Part shown: positions 45,268 through 53,787 of the stretch, one piece after another
How the letters are laid out: each line of letters starts with the position of its first letter
Position numbering within the stretch: position 1 is the first letter of the stretch
Source: Burkholderiales bacterium
GTDB lineage: Bacteria; Pseudomonadota; Gammaproteobacteria; Burkholderiales; SG8-41
DNA: 64,000 bases
NCBI GenBank assembly: GCA_030684405.1
Contig: JAUXYA010000031.1
Span: forward strand, 5,483-69,482
Reading direction: 5' to 3'
The notes under the pieces: generated by a model
What the model saw: only the letters and a program-made list of their open reading frames with translations
What the model was told of the DNA's origin: nothing
The model's database searches: none
Program-made: the position numbers and the translations under genes

Positions 45268-45788
45268 TGGCCGCACAGCCGATGACTCCGCAGGAGCTAC
45301 TGCTGCCGGTGAAGCCCGGCTTCATCATGCTGACTCTGGTGGCCGCATTGCTGGCCAACCTGCTGCCCTGGTCAGGATGGGCACTCTGGCTGGTGCCGGA
45401 TTTCGTCGCACTGGTCGTGCTCTACTGGTGTATCGAAGAGCCGCGCAAAATCGGATTCCTAGCTGCCTGGAGCCTGGGCCTGCTGATGGACATCGCCGAT
45501 GGCAGCCTCTTCGGCCAGCATGCGCTGGCCTACAGCATCCTCGCCTACGCGGGCATCTCCCTGCACCGCCGCGTGCAGCGTTTTTCGCTGGCCCAGCAGA
45601 TCCTCCACGTCATCCCGCTGCTGCTGTTCACCGACTTCGTCGTAATGCTGGTGCGGGCGCTGGCCGGCGCGGACTTCCCCGGGTACGCCTACTTCATCGG
45701 CAGCTTCACCGGCGCAGCGCTGTGGCCCGTCCTGTACTACCTCCTGAAGCTGCCGCAACGGCCGCGCCCCGATCCCGACCGTGTCTGA
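45267..45788 (+). CDS. mreD: rod shape-determining protein MreD
   Basis: 173-aa polytopic protein. TGATG overlap with mreC. Confidence 0.85.
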   Translation: MAAQPMTPQELLLPVKPGFIMLTLVAALLANLLPWSGWALWLVPDFVALVVLYWCIEEPRKIGFLAAWSLGLLMDIADGSLFGQHALAYSILAYAGISLHRRVQRFSLAQQILHVIPLLLFTDFVVMLVRALAGADFPGYAYFIGSFTGAALWPVLYYLLKLPQRPRPDPDRV

Positions 45789-47664
45789 ACTGTCGATAAA
45801 TCCCGGCATCGAGATCCGGGACTCGGAACGCGAACTGCAACGTTTCCGCTGGCGGCTGGTGCTGCTCGGAGGTTTCGTGCTGCTGCTGTTCGGCCTGCTG
45901 TTCCTGCGTTTCTTCTACCTGCAGGTAGTTCAGCACGGCCACTACAGCACGCTGGCTGAAGCCAACCGCATCTCGGTGCTGCCGGTCGCCCCCCATCGCG
46001 GCGTCATATTCGACCGCAATGGCGTGCTGCTTGCCCATAACTATTCGGCCTACACGCTGGAAATCACGCCGACCAGGGCCGGCGACCTTGAGACCACGAT
46101 CGACGAGCTGGCCACCATCGTCGAGATCACGCCGCGCGACCGCCGGCGCTTTCGCAAGCTGCTCGAGGAGAGCAAGCGCTTCGAGAGCCTGCCGATACGC
46201 ACCCGGCTCTCCGACGAGGAAATCGCGCGTTTCGCCGTGCATCGCTACCGCTTTCCCGGCGTCGAAGCCAAGGCGCGGCTGTTCCGCCAGTATCCTCAGG
46301 GGGAAATTTTCTCCCATGTCGTCGGACACATCGGACGCATCAACCAGCGCGAAGTCGAACAACTCGAGAAATCCGGCCGCCTCGCCAACTATCGCGGCAG
46401 CGACTACATCGGCAAAACCGGCCTCGAGCAGAGTTACGAAGCGGCCCTGCACGGCACCACCGGTATCGAGGAGGTCGAGGTCGATTCGGGAGGACGCGCG
46501 GTACGCGTGCTGTCGCGCACGCCACCGGTACCCGGCAACAACCTGGTGCTCAACCTCGATGCGCAGCTGCAGGAAATCGCCTACCAGGCCTTCGGCAACC
46601 GCCGTGGTGCGCTGGTCGCAATCGACCCGCGCAACGGCGGCGTGCTGGCCCTGGTCAGCAAGCCCGGCTTCGACCCCAACCTGTTCGTCGACGGCATCGA
46701 CCCGCAAAGCTGGAGCGAACTCAATGGTTCCCCCGACAAGCCGCTGCTGAACCGTGCGGCCGCCGGCACCTATCCGCCGGGTTCGACCTTCAAACCCTTC
46801 ATGGCACTGGCAGCACTGTTCTACGGCAAGCGCGCGCCGCAGCAGATCATCAGCGATCCTGGCTTCTTCATGTTCGGCGGCCACCGGTTCCGCGACGGGC
46901 GACCGGTTCCGCTGGGCGCGGTCGACATGCACCGCTCTATCGTCGTGTCCTCCGACGTCTATTACTACACGCTCGCCAACGAGCTCGGTATCGATCCGAT
47001 CGCGAAGTTCATGGCGCTGTTCGGCTTCGGCAGCCGCACCGGCATCGACATCGCCGGAGAATCCGCCGGCGTGCTGCCATCAACCGAGTGGAAGCTGCGG
47101 CGCTTAAAGCAGAAATGGTATGCCGGGGAAACCATCAGCGTCGGCATCGGCCAGGGCTACAACAGCTACACCCCGCTGCAACTCGCCTCCGCCACCGCAA
47201 CTCTGGCAAACGACGGCGTGATGTACCGTCCGCATATCGTCAACTACGTCGAGAACATCCGCAGCGGCGAGAAGACGCCGGTGGAGCCGAATCCACTGCG
47301 CGATCTGACCCTCAAACCGGAGCACCTCAAGGTGGTCAAGGACGCGATGGTCGGCGTCAACAAGGAGGGTACTTCGGCGCGGGTCTTTGCCGATGCGCCG
47401 TACGTCGCCGCCGGCAAGACCGGCACCGCACAGGTCATCGCCATCAAGCAAGGTGAGAAGTATGTTGAGAGCCGCGTCGCTGAACGCCATCGCGACCATT
47501 CCCTGTTCATCGCCTACGCACCTGCGGACAACCCGACCATCGCGCTGGCGGTGATTGCGGAGAATTCCGGCTTCGGCGCGCGCGCCGCCGCGCCGATAGC
47601 GCGCCAGGTGCTCGATTACCACATCCTCGGCAAGCTCCCCGCAAAACCGGCGGTGACTGACTGA
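45781..47664 (+). CDS. mrdA: penicillin-binding protein 2
   Basis: 627 aa with a GTG start. Transpeptidase motifs GSTFKP and KTGTAQ. Confidence 0.95.
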   Translation: MSELSINPGIEIRDSERELQRFRWRLVLLGGFVLLLFGLLFLRFFYLQVVQHGHYSTLAEANRISVLPVAPHRGVIFDRNGVLLAHNYSAYTLEITPTRAGDLETTIDELATIVEITPRDRRRFRKLLEESKRFESLPIRTRLSDEEIARFAVHRYRFPGVEAKARLFRQYPQGEIFSHVVGHIGRINQREVEQLEKSGRLANYRGSDYIGKTGLEQSYEAALHGTTGIEEVEVDSGGRAVRVLSRTPPVPGNNLVLNLDAQLQEIAYQAFGNRRGALVAIDPRNGGVLALVSKPGFDPNLFVDGIDPQSWSELNGSPDKPLLNRAAAGTYPPGSTFKPFMALAALFYGKRAPQQIISDPGFFMFGGHRFRDGRPVPLGAVDMHRSIVVSSDVYYYTLANELGIDPIAKFMALFGFGSRTGIDIAGESAGVLPSTEWKLRRLKQKWYAGETISVGIGQGYNSYTPLQLASATATLANDGVMYRPHIVNYVENIRSGEKTPVEPNPLRDLTLKPEHLKVVKDAMVGVNKEGTSARVFADAPYVAAGKTGTAQVIAIKQGEKYVESRVAERHRDHSLFIAYAPADNPTIALAVIAENSGFGARAAAPIARQVLDYHILGKLPAKPAVTD

Positions 47665-48767
47665 TGCCGATCATCCTGCGGCGCCTGCTGATCTTCACGA
47701 CCCGGCATATCGACGGCGTGCTGCTGTCGGCTATCCTGCTGCTGATGTTCACCGGCCTGGTGGCCCTGCTCAGCGCGGCCAACGGCAGCTATGTCAGGCT
47801 CTCCGGCCAGCTCATGAACATGATGGTCGCGCTGGGAGTGATGTGGGTTTTTGCCAACATCCCGCCGCATTATCTGATGCGGATGGCGGTTCCACTGTTC
47901 CTCACCGGCTGTGCGCTGCTCGTTGGCGTCGCCGTGGCCGGTGAGGTGGTCAATGGCGCACGGCGCTGGCTGAACATCGGCGTCACCCGCATCCAGCCCT
48001 CGGAGTTGATGAAAATTGCGGTGCCGCTGATGCTCGCCTGGTACTTCAACCGCAACGAGGCCTCGCTGAAGCTGCGCAACTACGCGATTGCCGCGCTGAT
48101 GCTGGCAATCCCGGCCGCGCTGATCCTGCGCCAGCCCGACCTCGGTACTGCGCTGCTGATCAGTGCCAGCGGCGGTTACCTGATTTTCCTCGCCGGCCTG
48201 CCGTGGCGGATCATACTGACGCTGGCCGTTGCCGGGGGTGCGAGCCTGCCACTGCTGTGGTCGGTAATGCATGATTACCAGCGCCAGCGTGTGCTGACAC
48301 TGCTCGACCCGACCACCGATCCACTGGGCTCCGGTTACCACACCATCCAGTCGACGATCGCCGTCGGCTCGGGTGGTATTCTCGGCAAGGGCTGGATGAA
48401 CGGTACCCAGACCCACCTTGACTTCATACCGGAGCGCACCACCGATTTCATTTTTGCGGTGTACTCCGAGGAATTCGGCTTGCTCGGCAACGCCGTGCTG
48501 CTCGCGTTGTACCTGTTCCTGATCGGCCGCGCGATGGTGATCACCGCCAATGCGCCCACGCTGTTCTCGCGGCTGCTTGCGGGCGCCATCACACTGACCT
48601 TCTTCACCTACGCCTTCGTCAACATGGGCATGGTGTCGGGCATTCTGCCCGTAGTGGGTGTACCACTGCCGCTGGTCAGCTACGGCGGAACTTCGCTGGT
48701 TTCGATCTGTCTCGGTTTCGGTATCCTGATGAGCATCAATACCCACAAGAAACTGGTTCAGACATGA
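47664..48767 (+). CDS. rodA: SEDS-family peptidoglycan polymerase RodA
   Basis: 367 aa: QPSELMKI, DFIFAV..EEFGL, PLPLVSYGGTS. Confidence 0.95.
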   Translation: MPIILRRLLIFTTRHIDGVLLSAILLLMFTGLVALLSAANGSYVRLSGQLMNMMVALGVMWVFANIPPHYLMRMAVPLFLTGCALLVGVAVAGEVVNGARRWLNIGVTRIQPSELMKIAVPLMLAWYFNRNEASLKLRNYAIAALMLAIPAALILRQPDLGTALLISASGGYLIFLAGLPWRIILTLAVAGGASLPLLWSVMHDYQRQRVLTLLDPTTDPLGSGYHTIQSTIAVGSGGILGKGWMNGTQTHLDFIPERTTDFIFAVYSEEFGLLGNAVLLALYLFLIGRAMVITANAPTLFSRLLAGAITLTFFTYAFVNMGMVSGILPVVGVPLPLVSYGGTSLVSICLGFGILMSINTHKKLVQT

Positions 48768-48771
48768 TTAA

Positions 48772-48851
48772 AAGCAGTGAGGAGCGCGGAGTGATGAGTG
48801 ATGAGCGGGAAACGGGAGGGTGCGTTCATCGCTCATCGTTCATCACTGCTT
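48772..48851. repeat. inverted heptad-array element in the rodA-rlpA spacer
   Basis: AAGCAGTGA...TCACTGCTT closing stem. Left arm TGAGGAG CGCGGAG TGATGAG TGATGAG; right arm CATCGCT CATCGTT CATCACT, in 7-nt phase. Confidence 0.7.
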
Positions 48852-48859
48852 CGCTTCAA

Positions 48860-49825
48860 GTGTGCCCTTGTCATCGTTGGGCGGCGGTTTTTCTGCTTGC
48901 CGCCCTTCTCACCGCCTGCGGCAGCGCCCCGAAGCGCGGCGGCATCGAACGCGCGCCAGGCGGCAGCACGGAAGCTCCGACACGCGGCGGCGGTTATTAC
49001 CTCGACGATGGACCCGGCGCCAATGCGCCAGCGAATCTCGACGTAATTCCCGATGCCGTGCCGAGGGTCGAACCGCTGCATCGCGGCACCCAGCGTCCGT
49101 ACACTGTCATGGGCCGCAGTTACACGCCGATGACCCGACTCGCGCCCTACAGGGCGCGCGGCATCGCCACCTGGTACGGCCGGCGCTATCACGGCAAGTC
49201 AACAGCCTCTGGCGAGCCCTATGACATGTACGCGATGACCGCTGCGCATACTGTGTTGCCGATTCCGAGCTACGTCCGGGTCACCAACGTCGCCAATGGC
49301 CGCTCGGTGGTGGTACGCGTCAACGACCGCGGCCCCTTCATCGGCGACCGCCTGATCGACCTCTCCTACACTGCGGCGCACCGGATCGGCATCCTCGGCG
49401 CCGGCAGCGGCATGGTTGAAGTGGAGAGCATCATCCCCGGCATCACACCTGCTGCAGTGCCGCCCGTAGCCACCGCAGCTGCACCCGCACCTGTCGTCGA
49501 AACCGCGGCGCTCCCGCCCGCGGCGCCGGTTGCAGTTGCACCCCTGTCTGCGAGTACTCCAGTCCCAGCACCTGCCACCACGACAGCCATCGCGGGCGGT
49601 AGCTGGCTGCAGTTTGGCGCCTTTGGCGTGCAGGCCAATGCCGAAACCTACCTCGCGCGACTGCAGTCCCAGGCCGAGTGGCTGGCCGGCACGCTGCGCA
49701 TCCACCACGGCGACGGCCTCTACCGCGTGCAGGCGGGACCCTATGCCAGCGATGCCGCCGCGCGTGATGCAGCGGAACGCGCCGGCCAGACGCTGGGCGC
49801 GAAGCCGGTGGTCATCAGCCGCTGA
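48860..49825 (+). CDS. rlpA: septal ring lytic transglycosylase RlpA with C-terminal SPOR domain
   Basis: Start proposed at GTG 48860, giving lipoprotein signal (M)CPCHRWAAVFLLAALLTAC. DPBB core (ATWYG...HGKSTASGEPYDMYAMTAAH...VRVNDRGPF). PA-rich linker and SPOR-like end. The longest ORF (48764) runs through the repeat. Confidence 0.8.
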   Translation: MCPCHRWAAVFLLAALLTACGSAPKRGGIERAPGGSTEAPTRGGGYYLDDGPGANAPANLDVIPDAVPRVEPLHRGTQRPYTVMGRSYTPMTRLAPYRARGIATWYGRRYHGKSTASGEPYDMYAMTAAHTVLPIPSYVRVTNVANGRSVVVRVNDRGPFIGDRLIDLSYTAAHRIGILGAGSGMVEVESIIPGITPAAVPPVATAAAPAPVVETAALPPAAPVAVAPLSASTPVPAPATTTAIAGGSWLQFGAFGVQANAETYLARLQSQAEWLAGTLRIHHGDGLYRVQAGPYASDAAARDAAERAGQTLGAKPVVISR

Positions 49826-49830
49826 GCACT

Positions 49831-50304
49831 TCAGTGGTGTTGATGGCTCTTTTTGGGCTGACCCTTGAGGTCACGCACTTCGACTGACAGTTCGACAGCC
49901 TCGCGCTTCTTGTCCGCCAATTCGAAAGTCAGCAGCAGCGGAACGCGGTCGCCGGGAGTAAGCGGCTTGTCGAGCTGCATCAGCATCACGTGATAACCGC
50001 CAGAGGCGAGCTTGACGCTTTTGCCGGCGGGAATATCGATGCCGGCGACCGGGAACATCCGCATCACTCCGTTCTCCATGCGCATGTTATGCACCTCGGT
50101 GACTTTTGCGACGGGGCTGGAAGCCGCAACCAGTCGCGCATCGGTTTTAGCGCTGAGTTCCATGAATGCACCCGTGGCACTTTGTCCCTGCACGGTGCCG
50201 CGGATCCAGGCGTCCCTGACGGTCACGGTTTGTGCCTGTGCGGCCGCTGCGAAAAGTAAGGCCAGCAGCAAGCCTGCGGATTTCAGTAAATTGCGATGAA
50301 ACAT
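49831..50304 (-). CDS. periplasmic copper chaperone PCu(A)C (DUF461)
   Basis: 157 aa with a signal peptide, Met/His motifs (VHNMRMENGVMRM, GGYHVMLM) and a His-rich tail. Confidence 0.85.
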   Translation of the reverse strand: MFHRNLLKSAGLLLALLFAAAAQAQTVTVRDAWIRGTVQGQSATGAFMELSAKTDARLVAASSPVAKVTEVHNMRMENGVMRMFPVAGIDIPAGKSVKLASGGYHVMLMQLDKPLTPGDRVPLLLTFELADKKREAVELSVEVRDLKGQPKKSHQHH

Positions 50305-50340
50305 AAAATATCCTTTAAAAACAAATACTTATATTATATC
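50302..50340 (-). promoter_or_regulatory. AT-rich leader motif copy 1 (upstream of PCuAC)
   Basis: Minus-strand reading: GATATAATATAAGTATTTGTTTTTAAAGGATATTTTATG. Shares the TATAAGTAYTTG(W)TTTTAAA core with 17775-17815, 56873-56910 and 60833-60862. Confidence 0.4.
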
Positions 50341-50401
50341 TCCGCGAACACGGAGCGACGCGACGACGCACGGCGAGTGCGCGGACATCCAAGCGGGACT
50401 G

Positions 50402-50767
50402 TCAGGCGCGCGGCGGTGCGCGCGGATGCAGTGGCTGCAATGCCGCGGAATCATGAACAACAAATGGGGAACGGGCCGCAGGCAAAAGCAGCTCCGGAAT
50501 CAACGCCACTACTTGGAATACCGGTATCGCTACAGGCGGCAATACCGTGGCCAGGCACATCAGGCAATGCGCGGACTGGAGTTTGTTATGTGGCGCTCCC
50601 GGCAAAGACGCCTCGCCCGTGACGCTGACATCGACACGGCAGATCGTCGCGTAGGCCGTCGGATCGACGGCGTGACGCGCCACCGCGAGCATCGGAAATG
50701 CGGTCGCGAACAGGAACGCCAGCAAGGCGCTCCCGGCGATCAACCGACGGTGGATGAACAGGCGCAT
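50402..50767 (-). CDS. DUF2946-like small membrane/periplasmic protein
   Basis: 121 aa with an N-terminal hydrophobic segment and the HCLMC motif recalled for DUF2946 proteins, which accompany PCuAC and TonB-dependent copper receptors. Confidence 0.6.
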   Translation of the reverse strand: MRLFIHRRLIAGSALLAFLFATAFPMLAVARHAVDPTAYATICRVDVSVTGEASLPGAPHNKLQSAHCLMCLATVLPPVAIPVFQVVALIPELLLPAARSPFVVHDSAALQPLHPRAPPRA

Positions 50768-50822
50768 GGGGCCGGATGTTACGCGCCGGTTGAGAAACGC
50801 GTCAAACGCCGCGTCGCAGACA

Positions 50823-52142
50823 TCACAGCACGTAACGCGCGAGGTCCTCGCTCTGTGCCAGGTCCTTCAGCCGCGCATCGACATAGGCCGCATCGATGGT
50901 CACCGTCTCCTTGCGCCGGCCGGCGTTGAAGGACAGGTCCTCGAGCAGGCGCTCCATCACCGTGTGCAGCCGCCGCGCGCCGATGTTCTCGGTGCGTTCG
51001 TTGACCTGCCAGGCGATTTCCGCCAGCCGCTTCACTGCATCGGGCGTGAACACCAGTTCGACATCTTCGGTTTTGATCAATGCCTCGTACTGGCGAATCA
51101 GGCAGGCGTCGGTGCTGGTGAGGATGCACTCGAAATCGTCGACCGTGAGATTCTGCAATTCGACGCGGATCGGCAGGCGGCCCTGCAGTTCGGGAATCAG
51201 GTCCGAGGGCTTCGACAGGTGGAATGCGCCGCTGGCGATGAACAGGATGTGGTCGGTCTTGATCATTCCGTACTTGGTGGTCACTGTCGTGCCCTCGACG
51301 AGAGGCAGCAGGTCACGCTGCACGCCCTGGCGCGAAACGTCGGCGCCCGACACCTCGGAACGGGTGGCAACCTTGTCGATTTCATCAATGAACACGATGC
51401 CGTTCTGCTCAACATTGGTGACGGCCTCGAGCTTCAACTCCTCGTCGTTGACGCGCTTTGCCGCCTCCTCGTCGATCAGCTGCTTCATCGCCTCGGCGAT
51501 TTTCATTTTGCGCATCCTGCGCCTGCCCGCGCCCAGGTTCTGGAACATGCCCTGCAGCTGCGAAGTCAGGTCTTCCATGCCCGGCGGGGTCATGATTTCC
51601 ATCTGCGCCGGCGCGGCGGCGAACTCGATCTCGATTTCGCGCACATCAAGTTCGCCCTCGCGCAGCATCTTGCGGAATTTCTGGCGTGTCGCCGACTCGG
51701 TATCGGGAACGCCATCGCGTGCCGGCGTCAGCAGCGCGTCGAGTACGCGCTCCTCAGCCCCATCCTGAGCCTGGTGCCTGACCCGGCGCATCGCCTCGAC
51801 GCGTGCGTCCTTGATCGCCGCATCAACCAGGTCGCGGATGATGGTGTCGACATCACGCCCGACATAACCCACCTCCGTGAATTTGGTGGCCTCGACCTTG
51901 ATGAACGGCGCATTGGCGAGCCGCGCCAGGCGCCGCGCGATCTCGGTCTTGCCGACCCCGGTCGGCCCGATCATCAGGATGTTCTTCGGCGTGATCTCCT
52001 GGCGCAGCGGGTCCGGCACCTGCTGCCGCCGCCAGCGGTTGCGCAACGCAATGGCCACCGCGCGCTTGGCGGCGTTCTGCCCGACAATATGTTTGTCGAG
52101 CTCGTGGACGATTTCCTGCGGGGTCATGGGGGTCATGGGCAT
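50823..52142 (-). CDS. hslU: ATP-dependent protease ATPase subunit HslU
   Basis: 439 aa: [16 protein letters not shown], Walker [16 protein letters not shown]. Three possible ATGs (52142, 52136, 52127), none with an SD. Confidence 0.97.
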   Translation of the reverse strand: MPMTPMTPQEIVHELDKHIVGQNAAKRAVAIALRNRWRRQQVPDPLRQEITPKNILMIGPTGVGKTEIARRLARLANAPFIKVEATKFTEVGYVGRDVDTIIRDLVDAAIKDARVEAMRRVRHQAQDGAEERVLDALLTPARDGVPDTESATRQKFRKMLREGELDVREIEIEFAAAPAQMEIMTPPGMEDLTSQLQGMFQNLGAGRRRMRKMKIAEAMKQLIDEEAAKRVNDEELKLEAVTNVEQNGIVFIDEIDKVATRSEVSGADVSRQGVQRDLLPLVEGTTVTTKYGMIKTDHILFIASGAFHLSKPSDLIPELQGRLPIRVELQNLTVDDFECILTSTDACLIRQYEALIKTEDVELVFTPDAVKRLAEIAWQVNERTENIGARRLHTVMERLLEDLSFNAGRRKETVTIDAAYVDARLKDLAQSEDLARYVL

Positions 52143-52218
52143 GAGCGGTGAGCGGTGAGCGGTGAGCGGTGAGCGGTGAGCGGTGAGCGGTGAGCGGTGA
52201 GCGGTGAGCGGTGAGCGG
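52142..52218. repeat. perfect heptanucleotide tandem repeat (TGAGCGG)x11
   Basis: Counted directly from the sequence: 11 uninterrupted units over 77 bp. The first T is the last base of the hslU start codon complement. Confidence 0.97.
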
Positions 52219-52243
52219 TGGATTGGACGGCTTCTGTTACTGT

Positions 52244-52285
52244 CGGTTCACTACTTACTGCTTACCCTTCACCGCTCACTGTTCA
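52244..52285 (-). repeat. array of six stop-initiated heptads following the hslV stop
   Basis: Minus-strand reading: TGAACAG TGAGCGG TGAAGGG TAAGCAG TAAGTAG TGAACCG. Partly complementary to the CCGCTCA tract downstream. Confidence 0.7.
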
Positions 52286-52289
52286 CTGA

Positions 52290-52841
52290 CTAATCCAGCA
52301 CCTCAATCAGATGCTGCTGGTTGGTGTAAATGCAGAGATCGCCGGCAATCTCCAGCGACTTCTTGACGATGTCGGCGGGTGCAAGATCGGTATTTTCAAG
52401 CAGTGCACGGGCCGCGGACTGGGCATAGGCACCACCGCTGCCGATGGCAACCAGACCGAATTCCGGCTCCAGCACGTCGCCATTGCCGGTGATCACCAGC
52501 GAATGTTCGCGGTCAGCCACTAACAGCATGGCTTCCAGGCGCCGCAGCATGCGGTCGGTGCGCCAGTCCTTGGCCAATTCCACTGCGGAGCGCATCAGGT
52601 TGCCCTGGTGCTTTTCCAATTTCGATTCGAAGCGCTCGAACAAGGTGAATGCGTCGGCGGTGCCGCCCGCGAATCCGGCAAGGATGCGGTCCTGGTAGAG
52701 GCGGCGGATCTTGCGCGCGGTGGCCTTGATCACGATGTTGCCCAGTGTCACCTGGCCATCGCCGCCGAGCGCCACGTGGTTACCGCGCCGGACGGAAAGA
52801 ATGGTCGTGCCGTGAAAAACTGTATCGGTCATGGGATGCAA
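52290..52841 (-). CDS. hslV: ATP-dependent protease peptidase subunit HslV
   Basis: [27 protein letters not shown], with a short N-terminal extension as recalled for other betaproteobacteria. An alternative ATG is at 52832. Confidence 0.95.
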   Translation of the reverse strand: MHPMTDTVFHGTTILSVRRGNHVALGGDGQVTLGNIVIKATARKIRRLYQDRILAGFAGGTADAFTLFERFESKLEKHQGNLMRSAVELAKDWRTDRMLRRLEAMLLVADREHSLVITGNGDVLEPEFGLVAIGSGGAYAQSAARALLENTDLAPADIVKKSLEIAGDLCIYTNQQHLIEVLD

Positions 52842-52931
52842 GCTCTTGATTATTGGGAGGATGCAGCGGTACGGGGCTGGCCTGCCCCAGTCAGATGAGG
52901 GCGGTCACCCCCATTTCAACCCGGTTGCGGA

Positions 52932-53654
52932 TCAGGACTCCAGACGGAACGATACCGGCACACGCACCCAGGCTTCAACGTTTTCCACACCGCGCCGTGC
53001 CGGTGCAAAACGCCAATCCTTCACCGCATCCAGCGCCGCGCGGTCGAGCGCACGCGAGCGACTCGACTGGTCGACCTCGACTTTCAATGGCGTGCCGTCG
53101 CGCCCGACCAGCACCCGCAGCAGCACTGTGCCCTCTTCGCCGTTGCGCCGCGCAAGCGCGGGATAAGCCGGTGGCGGATTGCGCAGGTACGCCGCATTGA
53201 AAGCGGGCGGCGTGATCACGGGCGGGGTCGCTTTCGCAATCGGCGCGGAAGATGTTGCGGGAGGAGATGGAGATGGCTCCACCGATGAGGGTGCAGCTGC
53301 GGACGCAGGTGCAGGCGCAGCTGCGGTTGCGAGTTCCGGCACCGGGGCAACGGGCAGTACCGCGGCTTCCCGCGCGATCACCGGCTCTTTCTTGCGCGGC
53401 ACTGACGGAGATGTGGCAGGAACAGCCGGTGCTGCCGCCTTCCGTGGCAGCGCTGTCGCCGGTGGCTCGGATGCCACCATCACTACATCCAGCAGCGGCA
53501 TCGCGGGTGCGGGTGCGGGTGCGGGCACTGACACCCGCCATCCCGGCACAAAGATCAGCAGCAGGCCATGCGCAGCCACGCTCGCCAGCAGGCAGATGGC
53601 CAGCGTGTGCCGGGAAATGCGAAATCGGTCGGCCATGGGGGTCGCGCGGATCAA
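52932..53654 (-). CDS. tonB: energy transducer TonB
   Basis: 240 aa with a TM anchor, a Pro/Ala-rich spacer and a C-terminal domain (PPAYPALARRNGEEGTVLLRVLVGRDGTP...). Confidence 0.8.
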   Translation of the reverse strand: MIRATPMADRFRISRHTLAICLLASVAAHGLLLIFVPGWRVSVPAPAPAPAMPLLDVVMVASEPPATALPRKAAAPAVPATSPSVPRKKEPVIAREAAVLPVAPVPELATAAAPAPASAAAPSSVEPSPSPPATSSAPIAKATPPVITPPAFNAAYLRNPPPAYPALARRNGEEGTVLLRVLVGRDGTPLKVEVDQSSRSRALDRAALDAVKDWRFAPARRGVENVEAWVRVPVSFRLES

Positions 53655-53787
53655 GGGAGGGCATTATCCGGCAGATCGGCGACGCCCGACAAACCGCCGC
53701 GGGCCCGACTGCAAGCCCGCGACGGCAGGAACATTACTAAGAGCGCACACCAGGCAGCGCAACGCTCATTTCATCCTGTCAGGCACT

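Noticed and set aside
50305-50340. Reading the AT-rich leader core (GATATAATATAAG) as a classical Zur box
   Set aside because: The similarity to TGTTATA-N-TATAACA is partial, the sequence is not palindromic, and the other copies do not share that part. The IHF-consensus match and the shared leader interpretation fit better.
52142-52218. Possibility that the 11-unit repeat is a CRISPR array
   Set aside because: The units are 7 nt and contiguous with no spacers. No cas genes are nearby. This is a microsatellite, not a CRISPR array.
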